Part shown: positions 9,524-20,631 of the stretch, in pieces
Position numbering within the stretch: the stretch's first letter is position 1
Layout of the letters: each line of letters begins with the position of its first letter
Assembly: GCA_964446685.1 (NCBI GenBank)
Contig: CAYUPO010000001.1
Span: 104,502-168,501, forward strand
Direction of reading: 5' to 3'
Source: an uncultured Gammaproteobacteria bacterium
GTDB taxonomy: Bacteria; Patescibacteriota; Microgenomatia; Daviesbacterales; UBA10151
DNA length: 64,000 bases
Notes under the pieces: model-generated
Seen by the model: only the letters and a program-made list of their open reading frames with translations
The model's database searches: none
What the model was told of the DNA's origin: nothing
Made by a program: the position numbers and the translations under genes

Positions 9524-10468
9524 TTATGTGGTGTAAACACTTTTCCTGCCTACTTTCTGTCTTAATATTTGTCCTAAAACATGCCAGTTGCTAAAACTAA
9601 ATGAATTGACTCCTTTTGGAGGAGTTGCAACTTCTTGGTAATTTCCAAATAGTACATTCCCAGCAACAGCCATCTGACCATCTTTTACAGGGTCATCTCC
9701 AAAGTATATTACTTTATCAGCATGTTCATGAATTAAAGAAAGATCTAAGTCATCATGTGGGAAACCGGGTAAATCAAGCCATCTCCTTACTGCTAGTGCT
9801 AAAGAGAAGGGTGATGGCTTAACTATATTCTTACCATCAAGTGAAGAGACACCTCTAATGTCATCTTCTGACACAATAATATCTGGTTGAGACAATCCAT
9901 GTTTTTTAAATGTTTCTTCAATAAATAATTCATGACCTGAGGAAATATTTGCCGTTGTAATCGGGACACCTTCTTTTTTTAGATCATCGACAGTTTTCCA
10001 AAAATCAACAAATCCTCTACAAGGGCGTGGCCAAATATCTTTTTCAGATAATTTCATACCTATTTGGGGCATCATACTTCTTTGCTTTTGTCTAACAAAT
10101 ATTTCAGTCAATGCTTCCGTAGTTAATGGTTTTGTTAAATCCAATTCATACCCTTTTCCAACTGGCACATAACCATCTAGTAGCTCTAAGTTCTGGTGAG
10201 CGAATTCACCTGCTAAATTAACCAATTTAGCATTATTTCTTGCTGAAGAACCAGTAACAAGTGCTTTAACCACTTCGCTTGGGGCTCGGTTACGTAATCC
10301 ACCTTGAGCTAAATAAAGATTTAATCCCATTTTGCCAAACATCCTCTCAACAGTTTGTTCATAAGCTACTGGCACACTGGCAATCCCCGGCGCCATCTCG
10401 CTAGTCCTAAACTGGGTATTATCAAAATCAAACGCCAGTAATAATCCTTCAGGGGAATGGCGTTTCAT
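9524..10468 (-). CDS. Divergent HAD-superfamily hydrolase
   Basis: FDFDNT motif I, ISSG, KPSP, FGDDPVKDG motif IV. Confidence 0.75.
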   Translation of the reverse strand: MKRHSPEGLLLAFDFDNTQFRTSEMAPGIASVPVAYEQTVERMFGKMGLNLYLAQGGLRNRAPSEVVKALVTGSSARNNAKLVNLAGEFAHQNLELLDGYVPVGKGYELDLTKPLTTEALTEIFVRQKQRSMMPQIGMKLSEKDIWPRPCRGFVDFWKTVDDLKKEGVPITTANISSGHELFIEETFKKHGLSQPDIIVSEDDIRGVSSLDGKNIVKPSPFSLALAVRRWLDLPGFPHDDLDLSLIHEHADKVIYFGDDPVKDGQMAVAGNVLFGNYQEVATPPKGVNSFSFSNWHVLGQILRQKVGRKSVYTT

Positions 10469-13400
10469 TTATTTAAAGTAGTTTACTCCGTTCCTGAATA
10501 TTTGTAAGCCAGGACCTTCAACTGGTAAATCTTTTCCATCTCTTTTGAGTTGTTCTTTGATAAGTGGCCAATTTGGTAATTGAGTGAAAAACATTGCTCT
10601 TTCAGGATGTGGCATCAGGCCAATGATCCTGCCTGTTTCATCTGTGATCGCAGCAATATCTTCAACTGCCCCATTTGGATTAGCTGGTAAATTTAGATAA
10701 TTACACATTTCACCTTTAAAATATCTGAGTGCCACCAATCCTTTCTGATTTATCATTTCTAAAGTTTCGTCCTCAGCATAAAATTTACCTTCGCCATGGG
10801 CGATCGGACAGGAAAAAGTATCTACATCTTTGACCCAGGGACTGTTTCCTTCAGCTTTCAGGTCCACCCATCTGTCGGTATAGGTAGCATTATCATTGTG
10901 CAAAATAGCAACCTGCTTTTGACCATATTTTTTATCAACCGCCGGAAAAAGTCCCAGATTTGCTAGGACCTGACAACCATTGCAGATACCGATAACAAGC
11001 CTATCCAGACTGATAAACCGCTCTAAATCTTCCCATAAATTGTTTTTTAATTTATTGGCAAAACCATTTCCGGAACCGGTATCATCACCAAAAGAAAACC
11101 CGCCTGGAATTGCTAAAATCTGATAATTTTTCAATAATTTTTTATTAGCTATCAGATCATTAATATGCAGGATATCAGCTTTTCCTCCAACTTTTTCAAA
11201 AGCTGTTTTAGTTTCCATCTCACAGTTGATTCCGTAGCCTGTCAGAACAGCAGCTTTTGGTGTAATTGCTGAACTTTGATGAGCAAAAGTTGATTTGTAC
11301 GATGAATACATCTGATCCAATGGAAGATCAACTATCTCTTCACTTGCAACTCCTTTGATTTTAACTTTCTTGTTTTGGGTAACAGATCCTAGAAAGCTGA
11401 TAGGGAGATCTTTAAATAAAGACTCAAACTGCGGTTTATTTTTTGGATCAATACTGACTAATATTCGGCCAGCTGATTCAGAAAATAAAAGAGTCTGATT
11501 ATTGCCTGTAATATTTTCCAAAGAAATATCAATTCCCAGTTGTCCGGCGAGGGCCATTTTTGATAGAGCAATTATTAATCCGCCACGGGTAACACTGACA
11601 CTGCTGGCTAATAAATTATTTTTAATTGACTGATGTAATACCTGATAAAGTTTTTTGTTTCGGTCAATATCCACATCAGGCAATGAATTGCCGGGTGCAA
11701 ATTCATTATTTTTTTCTGAAAGATATTGATAGTACTCCGAGCCACCTAAGATATCTTTTGTTTCACCCAACAGGTATATCAGATCACCTGGTATTTTAGC
11801 GTCCATTGAGACCACTTTTGTGACATCTTCGATAACCGAAATGGAAGATATTACAAGGGTTGGAGGGACTGAGATTTTGACAGCATTACCTGATTCGTCA
11901 AATCCTTTGAAATCATTAAACATGCTGTCTTTTCCGGATATAAACGGCGCGCCATATCCAACTGCCGCATCATAACAACCTTTAGCAGCCAGTTTTAATT
12001 GTCCGAGTCTTTCTTCTTCAAAGGATGAACACCAGCAGAAATTATCCAGCAAAGCAATTTTATCCGGATCTGCACCAACAGAAACTAAGTTTCTGACAGC
12101 TGTATCTACTGAAATAAGCGCCATTTGGTAGGGATCTATCTCGGAATAACCTGGGAAAAGTGCCTGAGAAACAGCAGCCCCTTTTAATGAATCAGGCAGC
12201 GGCTTGATAACTGATGTTTCTCCATTTACTCTCCCTCTCCCCTGGAGGGGTTTCAGTACTGTCATGGATTGGACCTCATGGTCATACTGAGTGGAAATAA
12301 ATTCAAAACTAGTGATATTAAGTCTTTTAACCAGATCAACTGTAACCTCGTTATAATCACTGACATCAGGAATAACCGGATTTTTAAAATCCGGCTTAAT
12401 CCATTTTGAAGTTAACTGTCTTTCAGGCAGGCCATCATGCAAAAATTCAAGATTAATATCCAAAATCTTTTTTGAATCCAGAAAAACTTCACATTTTCCG
12501 GAATCTGTAAATTCCCCGATTGCAGTGGCTTCAACTCCTCTTTGTTCAAGAAGCAATTTAAGCTGCTGCCATTTATCCTGCGGAACTGCCAATGTCATTC
12601 TTTCCTGTGATTCAGAGATCCAGATCTGCCATGGATCAAGCCCGGGATATTTTAGAGGCACTTTTTCTAAATCAACTCGACAGCCGCCGGATTCTTTTGC
12701 CATCTCAGCTACTGAACAAGATAAACCACCGGCGCCATTGTCAGTAATACTGTGATATAGCTCCTGAAATACGGCTTCTTTACTCAAGGCATCTGAAAAC
12801 TTTTTTTGAGTGATCGGATCCCCAATCTGAACAGCCGTTGAAGGAGAACCACTATCTAAAGCTTCCGAAGAAAAAGTAGCTCCATGTATCCCGTCAAGTC
12901 CGACTCTGCCCCCTAACATGACAACCAGATCTCCGGGTCTGGCTTTTTTCTGAAACGATTTTTTGCCATTTATCTCTCGTTGAATCAACCCTAAAGTCCC
13001 GACAAAAACTAATGGTTTTCCTTTGTATCTGTCATCAAAATAAATAAATCCCTGAGTAGTCGGTATTCCAGATTGGTTTCCTCCTGAATTAACACCGGCG
13101 ATCACCCCATCCATAATTCTTTTGGGAGATAACATCGCCTGGGTCAGCCCGCTATCTTTAAACAAAGGTTTATGATCATCCGGATCAGCGAAACAAAAAC
13201 CATAAGTATTCAAAATTGGCCTTGCTCCCATGCCAAAACCAAGTGCATCTCTGTTTACTCCGACAATTCCTGTAATTGCACCACCAAATGGATCAAGCGC
13301 TGATGGGGTGTTATGAGTTTCGACTTTGTGAGTTATCAGATACTGATCATCAAAGGCAATAGCACCTGAGTTGTCTGTAAAAACTGAAACACAAAAGTCA

Positions 13401-14239
13401 TTATCACCTTTTTGTTTGCGGATTTTCTCAGTGGCTTTTTTAATAAATGTTTTATACAAACCCTCTGGTACATCATCATCCATTGGGGACGCAAAGATTG
13501 TATGTTTACAGTGTTCCGACCAGGTCTGAGCTAAAGATTCTAATTCAATATCTGTTGGATTTCTTTTTAATTTTTTGAAATATTTCTGAATAGTTTTCAT
13601 ATAAAGCAGATCAAGTGCCAAAGGGCCCCGTCTGGTACCATCCTGGTTGGCAATTCCTTCTTTGCCGATTTTGGTTAATTCTGCATCGGAAACATTTAAA
13701 TCAACTTCACTGACCTGAGCTTTTGTTGTTAAAGTTACTTTTGGCACAATCAAATCCATTCCCTGATCTTTTTTATATTGCTGACTATCTTTTAAATGAA
13801 CTCTCTGAATAATTGGATTAATCAAACTTTCAGCCAACTGCTTAATTTCTCCATTTCCTCCATTTGTTCTGAAAAAAATTAATTGAGAAGTATAGACATT
13901 TTCGCCCTCAATAAACTTTATTTTTAATAAGTCTTCAATTATTTCTTTGGTGGTATGGGCAACATTATCTGTTACTCCCGGAAGAAAACCAATTTCAACC
14001 GCATAATCTGCTCCGTTCATTTCTGAGTTATTTAAAGAAATTTTTTGAGTTAAAGGATTTGTTAGGGCTGATGTTATTTTGAGTATTTGTGAAGAATTAA
14101 ATTCTTTATCAATCGTATATACATCAATAACCTGAGCATCTGAAACTAAAAGCCCTGGAAAAACTGCTTGAATTTTTTGGACAAAATGTGATGCTCTTGA
14201 ATCTGGTACTTTCGAGGAAACCTCTAGACGTCGCGCCAT
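10469..14239 (-). CDS. purL: FGAM synthase, single chain (N-terminal PurS-like + PurL + PurQ glutaminase)
   Basis: QTWSEHCKH, ETHNTPSA.DPF.GA, DNGAGG, SESQERM, SGKDSM; C-terminal PGGFSFGD, GICNGCQ, MPHPER. Confidence 0.96.
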   Translation of the reverse strand: MARRLEVSSKVPDSRASHFVQKIQAVFPGLLVSDAQVIDVYTIDKEFNSSQILKITSALTNPLTQKISLNNSEMNGADYAVEIGFLPGVTDNVAHTTKEIIEDLLKIKFIEGENVYTSQLIFFRTNGGNGEIKQLAESLINPIIQRVHLKDSQQYKKDQGMDLIVPKVTLTTKAQVSEVDLNVSDAELTKIGKEGIANQDGTRRGPLALDLLYMKTIQKYFKKLKRNPTDIELESLAQTWSEHCKHTIFASPMDDDVPEGLYKTFIKKATEKIRKQKGDNDFCVSVFTDNSGAIAFDDQYLITHKVETHNTPSALDPFGGAITGIVGVNRDALGFGMGARPILNTYGFCFADPDDHKPLFKDSGLTQAMLSPKRIMDGVIAGVNSGGNQSGIPTTQGFIYFDDRYKGKPLVFVGTLGLIQREINGKKSFQKKARPGDLVVMLGGRVGLDGIHGATFSSEALDSGSPSTAVQIGDPITQKKFSDALSKEAVFQELYHSITDNGAGGLSCSVAEMAKESGGCRVDLEKVPLKYPGLDPWQIWISESQERMTLAVPQDKWQQLKLLLEQRGVEATAIGEFTDSGKCEVFLDSKKILDINLEFLHDGLPERQLTSKWIKPDFKNPVIPDVSDYNEVTVDLVKRLNITSFEFISTQYDHEVQSMTVLKPLQGRGRVNGETSVIKPLPDSLKGAAVSQALFPGYSEIDPYQMALISVDTAVRNLVSVGADPDKIALLDNFCWCSSFEEERLGQLKLAAKGCYDAAVGYGAPFISGKDSMFNDFKGFDESGNAVKISVPPTLVISSISVIEDVTKVVSMDAKIPGDLIYLLGETKDILGGSEYYQYLSEKNNEFAPGNSLPDVDIDRNKKLYQVLHQSIKNNLLASSVSVTRGGLIIALSKMALAGQLGIDISLENITGNNQTLLFSESAGRILVSIDPKNKPQFESLFKDLPISFLGSVTQNKKVKIKGVASEEIVDLPLDQMYSSYKSTFAHQSSAITPKAAVLTGYGINCEMETKTAFEKVGGKADILHINDLIANKKLLKNYQILAIPGGFSFGDDTGSGNGFANKLKNNLWEDLERFISLDRLVIGICNGCQVLANLGLFPAVDKKYGQKQVAILHNDNATYTDRWVDLKAEGNSPWVKDVDTFSCPIAHGEGKFYAEDETLEMINQKGLVALRYFKGEMCNYLNLPANPNGAVEDIAAITDETGRIIGLMPHPERAMFFTQLPNWPLIKEQLKRDGKDLPVEGPGLQIFRNGVNYFK

Positions 14240-14251
14240 GAAGATATACCT

Positions 14252-14279
14252 ATTCTACAGATTGCTGTAACTAAGTCAA
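14252..14279 (-). promoter_or_regulatory. Sigma70-type promoter for the purL operon
   Basis: Minus strand TTGACT-16 nt-TAGAAT, 12 nt upstream of the ATG. Confidence 0.6.
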
Positions 14280-14295
14280 GGGCAACAAGTGGATT

Positions 14296-14340
14296 AATTT
14301 GAAATTTGAAATTAGAAATTAGAAATTAGAAATTTAAATT
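14296..14340. repeat. Heptamer tandem repeat (GAAATTA/GAAATTT)n
   Basis: aatttgaaatttgaaattagaaattagaaattagaaatttaaatt. Confidence 0.85.
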
Positions 14341-14344
14341 GTAC

Positions 14345-15964
14345 TTATGCTTGATTTAAATATTTTTTTATCAGAGTTGTAGTAGAGCTATCATGAGATC
14401 CCTCTGCAACTGTCCGACTCTTTAATTCGGTTAGTACTTTTGATGCTAATACTTTGCCTAGTTCTACTCCAAATTGATCAAATGAATTTATTCCCCAGAT
14501 CACTCCTTCAACAAATATTTTATGTTCATAAAGAGCAATAAGCTCGCCAAAACTACGCGGAGTTAATTTTGGTAACAATAAACTATTTGATGGCCGATTA
14601 CCGGTAAAAGTCCGATGTGGAATTAGTTCTTCTGCTACTCCTTCCGCTTTTAACTGTGCTGCTGTTTTGCCAAAAGCTAAAGCTTCTGTTTGGGCAAAAA
14701 AATTGGCCATTAATTTATCATGATGATCACCCACTGGATTTAGTGACTGTTGAAAACCTATAAAATCACAGGGTATCAGTTTGGTTCCTTGATGAATTAA
14801 CTGGTAAAAAGCATGCTGCCCATTGGTACCTGATTCACCCCAAATAATTTGACCAGTCTGATAGTCTACCCATTCGCCTTTTTTGGTAACAGATTTACCA
14901 TTTGATTCCATTTCAGCCTGCTGCAAATAGGCCGGTAATCGGTGAAGATACTGATCATAAGGCAAAATTGCCTGAGTTTGGCAGCCATAAAAATTGTTAT
15001 ACCAGACTTCAATCAGAGCCAAAATAACCGGCATATTTTTATCAAAAGGGGCCGTTCTAAAATGCTGATCCATTTCATGGAATCCATCCAGCATCAAGTT
15101 AAAATTATCCGGACCGATAGCGATCATTAATGACAATCCAATCGCACTGCAAAGTGAATATCTCCCGCCGACAAAATCCCAAAAAGGAAAAACACTGCTG
15201 GCATGAATCCCAAATTTCGTAACTTCATTTAAATTAGTAGATAAAGCAACAAAATGCCTGTTAATAGCACTATTATTTTTTAGTGAATTTAATAACCATT
15301 CTTTGGCAGTCTGAGCATTAGTCATGGTCTCCTGAGTAGTAAAAGTTTTTGAAGCAATAATAAAGAGTGTTTCTGCAGGATCAATACCTCTTAAAGTCTC
15401 AGCTAAATGGGTACCATCAATATTTGAAACAAAGCTAACTGTAATTTTTCTATCTGAATATGCCTTGAGTGCTTCATAGGCCATCATTGGTCCCAGATCC
15501 GACCCCCCAATTCCAATATTAATAATGTTTTTGATTGGTTTTCCTGTAAAACCTGTCCATTCGCCGTTACGGATTTTAAAAGCAAACTCCCTCATCTGGC
15601 CCAAAACTTGAGCGATTTCTGCCATCACATTGATATCATCCACCCGCAAATCTTTGGAATATCTGTCGCGAAGTGCACTGTGTAAAACAGCTCTGTTTTC
15701 AGTGGTATTTATTTTTTTACCGGAAAACATCTCATCGATCTGTTTTCTCAGGTCAATCTCTTTAAAAAGCTCACCAAATATCTGAAAAACTTCATCATCA
15801 ATTCTATTTTTAGAATAATCAAGATAAATTGATCCGGCCTGTAATGAATAAACCTTTCCCCTGAGAGGATTTTGGACAAAAAATTCTTTGATCTGTTTAT
15901 TTTTTGTCTGCTGATAGTGAGTAAGAAGTTTTTGATAAGAAGGTAATGTAGAAAATTTAGTCAT
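14345..15964 (-). CDS. pgi: Glucose-6-phosphate isomerase
   Basis: [41 protein letters not shown]. Confidence 0.97.
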   Translation of the reverse strand: MTKFSTLPSYQKLLTHYQQTKNKQIKEFFVQNPLRGKVYSLQAGSIYLDYSKNRIDDEVFQIFGELFKEIDLRKQIDEMFSGKKINTTENRAVLHSALRDRYSKDLRVDDINVMAEIAQVLGQMREFAFKIRNGEWTGFTGKPIKNIINIGIGGSDLGPMMAYEALKAYSDRKITVSFVSNIDGTHLAETLRGIDPAETLFIIASKTFTTQETMTNAQTAKEWLLNSLKNNSAINRHFVALSTNLNEVTKFGIHASSVFPFWDFVGGRYSLCSAIGLSLMIAIGPDNFNLMLDGFHEMDQHFRTAPFDKNMPVILALIEVWYNNFYGCQTQAILPYDQYLHRLPAYLQQAEMESNGKSVTKKGEWVDYQTGQIIWGESGTNGQHAFYQLIHQGTKLIPCDFIGFQQSLNPVGDHHDKLMANFFAQTEALAFGKTAAQLKAEGVAEELIPHRTFTGNRPSNSLLLPKLTPRSFGELIALYEHKIFVEGVIWGINSFDQFGVELGKVLASKVLTELKSRTVAEGSHDSSTTTLIKKYLNQA

Positions 15965-16019
15965 GATCAAAAAGTAGCACTTTCACCTCAATCTATCAAG
16001 CTTTCTTTTTGGTAATCCA

Positions 16020-16048
16020 TTTACAAAGAGCTGGTAACCAACTAGAAT
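16020..16048 (+). promoter_or_regulatory. Promoter giving a probably leaderless zwf mRNA
   Basis: TTTACA-17 nt-TAGAAT, ATG 6 nt downstream, no Shine-Dalgarno. Confidence 0.55.
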
Positions 16049-16054
16049 CTATCC

Positions 16055-17518
16055 ATGGAATCTTTGCAGCTGATTATCTTTGGAATTACAGGTAACTTAG
16101 TTCAAAAATATATTCTCCAGGCTCTTTATGACATGGCTGAGAAAGGTTTACTTCCGGAAAATCTTTCAATTATTGGCAATGCCAGAAAGCCAAAATCCAC
16201 AGAAGAATTCCAAGAATACTTATCTGAAGTGCTTCATGCAGATAATGTTCACCACCAGCATCCGATCAAACCGGAAATATTTAATGATCTGGTCAATAAA
16301 ATAACTTATATTGATGGCAATTTAGATGATCCTGATTTTTATGTCAGACTCAAAAAATACCTTGATCAGCTAAATCCATCCCATACTGGTAAAACCAACC
16401 GGATTTTTTATCTGGCAACTTATCCTGAGCTTTACCAGCATGTCTTTGAAAACCTTAAAAAACAGTCTCTCAATGAACAGACAGATGGCTGGGTCAGGCT
16501 GATGGTGGAAAAACCTTTTGGACATGATCTGACAAGCGCTCAACATCTCAATAAGCAACTTTTACAATATTTTACTGAAGACCAAATCTACCGGATGGAT
16601 CACTATCTGGGCAAAGAAACCTTGCAGAATATTCTGACATTCAGGTTTGGAAATGGTATTTTTGAACCATTAATGAACAGTGAATATGTTGATCATATTC
16701 AGATTACTGCTTCTGAGGATTTTGGGATTGGTAAAAGAGGCGGATATTATGACACTGTTGGTGCTTTGAAAGATGTTGGCCAGAACCATCAGTTGCAAAT
16801 GCTGGCTTTTGCCACAATGGATGCTCCTGAAGAATTTACCAATCAGGCGGTAACTTCAAAAAGAGCTAAAATTTTACAAAATCTGGTTTCAGACCCTGAG
16901 CATCTGGTATTTGGTCAATACGAAGGATATAAAGAAGAAGAAAATGTAAACCCAGAGTCAGAGACTGAGTCATTTTATGCATTTAAAACTGAGATTAAAA
17001 CAGACAGATGGCAGGGAGTACCAATTTATGTCCGAGCCGGAAAGAAACTCAAACAGACTGCCACAGAAATTGCTGTTGTCTTTAAAATACCGGAAAACCG
17101 GCTTTTTAAATCTCATGAAGCTGGAATGATCCCAAATGTACTTTTTTTCCGGATCCAACCAAACGAAGGAATTGTTATGCGAATTCTCTCAAAAAAACCG
17201 GGTGCAGGTGTCACTCTGGAACCAACTTACATGCAGTTTTGTTATAAACAAGATTCAGAGTTTCACACTCTGCCTGATCCATATGAAAGGCTGATCTCAG
17301 ATGCTATCCGAGGTGATCAGACATTTTTTAATGCAGCAGATGAAGTGGAAGCACAATGGGCGTTTATTGATCCATTAACAGATGCTAAAGTCAAAGCCCA
17401 TCCATACAAACCAGGCAGCTGGGGACCGGAAGCAGCAGATGAGCTAATCAAAAAAGACGGCCGAGAATGGCTAGAACCATCCGAAGAGTTCTGCGCCATC
17501 CCACCCTATAATCCCTGA
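16055..17518 (+). CDS. zwf: Glucose-6-phosphate 1-dehydrogenase
   Basis: FGITGNL, EKPFG, RMDHYLGKE, RWQGVP.Y.RAGK. Confidence 0.96.
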   Translation: MESLQLIIFGITGNLVQKYILQALYDMAEKGLLPENLSIIGNARKPKSTEEFQEYLSEVLHADNVHHQHPIKPEIFNDLVNKITYIDGNLDDPDFYVRLKKYLDQLNPSHTGKTNRIFYLATYPELYQHVFENLKKQSLNEQTDGWVRLMVEKPFGHDLTSAQHLNKQLLQYFTEDQIYRMDHYLGKETLQNILTFRFGNGIFEPLMNSEYVDHIQITASEDFGIGKRGGYYDTVGALKDVGQNHQLQMLAFATMDAPEEFTNQAVTSKRAKILQNLVSDPEHLVFGQYEGYKEEENVNPESETESFYAFKTEIKTDRWQGVPIYVRAGKKLKQTATEIAVVFKIPENRLFKSHEAGMIPNVLFFRIQPNEGIVMRILSKKPGAGVTLEPTYMQFCYKQDSEFHTLPDPYERLISDAIRGDQTFFNAADEVEAQWAFIDPLTDAKVKAHPYKPGSWGPEAADELIKKDGREWLEPSEEFCAIPPYNP

Positions 17519-17580
17519 CATTTACTCTACATTGCTATCTGTTCAATTAGTATTTCCAAGTTTATAATCTGAAAATAAGA

Positions 17581-18033
17581 ATGCCTAAAGAAAAACATAT
17601 TATAAAAGATCCAAGATTTGATGATCAAGCGACAGAAGCTTTTACTAGAGCTGAAAGAACTAGGGATCATTTTGGTCACGATCTGATAATTCCTGAGACT
17701 CTGGTTATGGCTATTATTATAGATCCATCAACCCATCCATTTATAAATCCACAGATCCCTAATCAGTCTTTGTTGGAAAGATATATTAAAGATATCCCTG
17801 CTTCACGCCACACACCGAAAGATTCAGAATATGATATTTGGGATCAATATGTTGAGTGGGCTATTAATCAATCAGTAATTAAACGCAAACAGGTTCGAAT
17901 ACCAGATCTTTTTGATTATCTTTATTTAACAGATCCAATGATGGATTTCAGATTTGCACTTACAAATGCTACTCCTGTGAATGTGACAGTAGTAAATTCC
18001 CCTAAGTCAAATCGTAGAAGATATTTATCTTAA
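17581..18033 (+). CDS. Hypothetical protein, possibly Clp N-terminal-domain-like
   Basis: F..QATEAFTRAE...FGHDLIIPETLVMAII resembles Clp_N repeats; TATAAT upstream. Confidence 0.6.
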   Translation: MPKEKHIIKDPRFDDQATEAFTRAERTRDHFGHDLIIPETLVMAIIIDPSTHPFINPQIPNQSLLERYIKDIPASRHTPKDSEYDIWDQYVEWAINQSVIKRKQVRIPDLFDYLYLTDPMMDFRFALTNATPVNVTVVNSPKSNRRRYLS

Positions 18034-18034
18034 A

Positions 18035-18361
18035 TTAATAAACAGATAAAGCTAAAACTATCCTGCTGCCCCCGAAAATTTCTACCAAATGGGATATTCT
18101 ATCAGGATTTTTTCTTGAAGGTAATTGATCTGGTATTTCTGAAAAAACGTTGGGTTTTTCTTTACATCTAAGGAGGGGTGCTTGATAATCCCTTAAATAA
18201 TTTCTAACCACGTTAAGTTCAACTTCTCCTAAACTCCCAACTATCTGGCCTCTTTGTTCTGGCGTGAGTCTATTTTCGTAATCGGCTGCTTTTGGCATAA
18301 ATTTAATCTGACAGGAACCTGACATTTGTCTGATTTTTCTCTGTCTGTGGTAAATGTACAT
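18035..18361 (-). CDS. Hypothetical protein (start uncertain)
   Basis: ORF fills the gap; no motif. Confidence 0.4.
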   Translation of the reverse strand: MYIYHRQRKIRQMSGSCQIKFMPKAADYENRLTPEQRGQIVGSLGEVELNVVRNYLRDYQAPLLRCKEKPNVFSEIPDQLPSRKNPDRISHLVEIFGGSRIVLALSVY

Positions 18362-18419
18362 CTCTGTGTTATGCCTGTCAATAGGCTATGGGGTGAGATT
18401 TGTGCGTAGAATGTATGAA

Positions 18420-19367
18420 TTATGTAAGTTTTCTACCGGTTGAACTAACTGGGGTGTTTTTACTGACTTCATGCTGGCCAAATTTACCTCTCATAGCTGA
18501 TGTCAGTTTATTGCGATAGCCGTTTGGAGATGATTCTTCAATATTTTCGGATTCAACCCTGATATCAAATGAATCCTTAATCACTCTGGCCTCTACTCCC
18601 AGATCCTCCGCCACTTTAACAGTCCATTCGCCTTCTCCGGTATGTCCGATTTTTGAGGAATAAACTCCCAGTTCAGGATCTTCTTTCAGAGCATCTAGTG
18701 CCCAACCAACTAAACGGGACTCGACCACTGAACGATTGTTGTAAACTCTAAATATCTCAACCATATCCAGATCAAAATCAGATGACTTTAAAATGGCAGC
18801 ACCTTCTGAGATAGCTTCCATCATGCCGTATTCAATACCGTTGTGAACCATTTTGGCAAAATGCCCGGCACCAACAGGACCAAAGTGACCATAGGCATCG
18901 GGGGAGGCAATTTTTTTAGCCAAATCTTTAATTAATTCATAATCTTCTTTTTCGCCACCAATCATCAGACAAGCACCTGTCCGGGATCCGCCTGGTCCTC
19001 CGGAAGTACCGATATCCATAAAATGAACACCGGTTGGTTTAATCTTTTCTGAGCGTCTTAAAGTGTCTTTGTAAAAGGAATTTCCTCCATCAATCAGTAA
19101 ATCTCCTGGTTCAAGGAGAGGGAGAACTTTATCAATAAATTCATCTGTCACTTCCCCTGCAGGAAGCATCAACCAGATAACGCGAGGAGTTTCAAGTTTG
19201 GATACCAAATCGGCAACATCTTGGGCGGGGATTGCACCCGATTGTGTAACTTCTTCAAGAGGTTCTGGGGACCTGTTCCAGGCAACGACTTCCTGGCCTT
19301 GCTCAAGCAAGTGTAAAACCATATTTTTGCCCATCCGGCCTAAACCAACATAACCAAGTTTCATCAC
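18420..19367 (-). CDS. gnd: 6-phosphogluconate dehydrogenase, short form
   Basis: GLGRMG, LIDGGNS, DIGTSGG, KMVHNGIEYGMM, AMRGKFGQH. Confidence 0.96.
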   Translation of the reverse strand: MMKLGYVGLGRMGKNMVLHLLEQGQEVVAWNRSPEPLEEVTQSGAIPAQDVADLVSKLETPRVIWLMLPAGEVTDEFIDKVLPLLEPGDLLIDGGNSFYKDTLRRSEKIKPTGVHFMDIGTSGGPGGSRTGACLMIGGEKEDYELIKDLAKKIASPDAYGHFGPVGAGHFAKMVHNGIEYGMMEAISEGAAILKSSDFDLDMVEIFRVYNNRSVVESRLVGWALDALKEDPELGVYSSKIGHTGEGEWTVKVAEDLGVEARVIKDSFDIRVESENIEESSPNGYRNKLTSAMRGKFGQHEVSKNTPVSSTGRKLT

Positions 19368-19397
19368 ATTGAATATACTACCTCAAAAGGAAGATGT

Positions 19398-19637
19398 CTA
19401 GCGTTTTGGAAGATATGAAGGACGATAGTATGAACTAGCAGGAGGAACTTCATGTAATCTGAACCTACTGGTAGGAGGTCTTTGAGTTAATTGTTGAATA
19501 GTATTAACTGTTTCCTGAATCCTAGAATTAGGATCAGCATTAAATTGCCTCCATTGGTCAGCAATTAATTCTGTTTGCACGTAAGGAGTAAGATGGGCAG
19601 CTACTTCCGCCTGAATAATTTCTTTTGAAATGGGCAT
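19398..19637 (-). CDS. Small hypothetical protein
   Basis: 79-aa ATG ORF in the intergenic gap. Confidence 0.45.
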   Translation of the reverse strand: MPISKEIIQAEVAAHLTPYVQTELIADQWRQFNADPNSRIQETVNTIQQLTQRPPTSRFRLHEVPPASSYYRPSYLPKR

Positions 19638-19787
19638 AATATATTTATACTTAATTAAATTATATTAATCAAGATATTATTTATGTTAATTTTTGTCTAA
19701 ATTAATGCTAATTATGTTTTTGTGATTAATTGTCTTAATATTGTCCAATTAGTTTTGTTTTGGTTTGGTAATTTGTATACTGAATAT

Positions 19788-20630
19788 ATGTATCTTTCAA
19801 TTGACATCGGTGGGACCCATATCCGGTTTGCCACCTCGGGTGATGGTAAGAAAATTTCTCAGAAAGAAAAGTTCCACACTCCGGCCAAATACGACGATGG
19901 AATTGATCTGATTGAAGAGACCATCGAACGGATGACTAATGGTCATATTCCAAAAAAGATTACTCTTGGGGCTGCCAGCCCAATCAACTATGAAAAAGGG
20001 ACTATTATGAAGCCCCCAGCTCTGCCAAATTGGGCCGGTCACTCAATCCGGAAAGAATTGGAACTTCGTCTCAGAACACATATTATTTTAGAAAATGATG
20101 CCTCTTTAGCCGGACTTGCAGAAGCCCATACCAGTAAAAAGAAACAGTCAGAGGTGGTGGCTTATATTACGCTAAGTACGGGTGTTGGCGGCTCCAGAAT
20201 AGTTAACGGCAAGATTGATTATCATGCCACACCATTTGAACCAGGACACCAAATTCTGGACCCTAAAGGCCGTTTTTGGCCCGGATGCGGACAGAGAGGA
20301 TGCTTTGAATCAATGGCCAGCGGACGGGCGTTTGAGATCACTTATGGAGTCAAACCAGAATTATGTGAAGATTTTAAAATTTGGGAGGAACATGCCCAGG
20401 TAGTCTCACAGGGTCTGGTAAATGTACTCACTTTGTGGTCCCCTGATGTTTTAGTATTGGGCGGCAGTCTGGTCAAAGCTGGAAAGAAATTTATAGATCC
20501 GCTGATGCATTTTACTATTAATAATCTGCAAATTTTTCCCGCTCCAAAAATAGAGATTTCTAAACTGGATGATAATAATGTATTACTCGGTGGATTTATC
20601 TTACAGCAGCAGAAAGATCCTAATCTTTGA
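19788..20630 (+). CDS. ROK-family sugar kinase
   Basis: IDIGGT, ENDA, LSTGVGG, EPGHQ, CGQRGCFE; start at the ATG 6 nt after TGTATACT. Confidence 0.92.
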   Translation: MYLSIDIGGTHIRFATSGDGKKISQKEKFHTPAKYDDGIDLIEETIERMTNGHIPKKITLGAASPINYEKGTIMKPPALPNWAGHSIRKELELRLRTHIILENDASLAGLAEAHTSKKKQSEVVAYITLSTGVGGSRIVNGKIDYHATPFEPGHQILDPKGRFWPGCGQRGCFESMASGRAFEITYGVKPELCEDFKIWEEHAQVVSQGLVNVLTLWSPDVLVLGGSLVKAGKKFIDPLMHFTINNLQIFPAPKIEISKLDDNNVLLGGFILQQQKDPNL

Positions 20631-20631
20631 T

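Noticed and set aside
19640-19760. Very AT-rich stretch with TTGTC repeats as a possible oriC or operator
   Set aside because: No DnaA boxes or dnaA nearby; adequately explained as a divergent promoter region.
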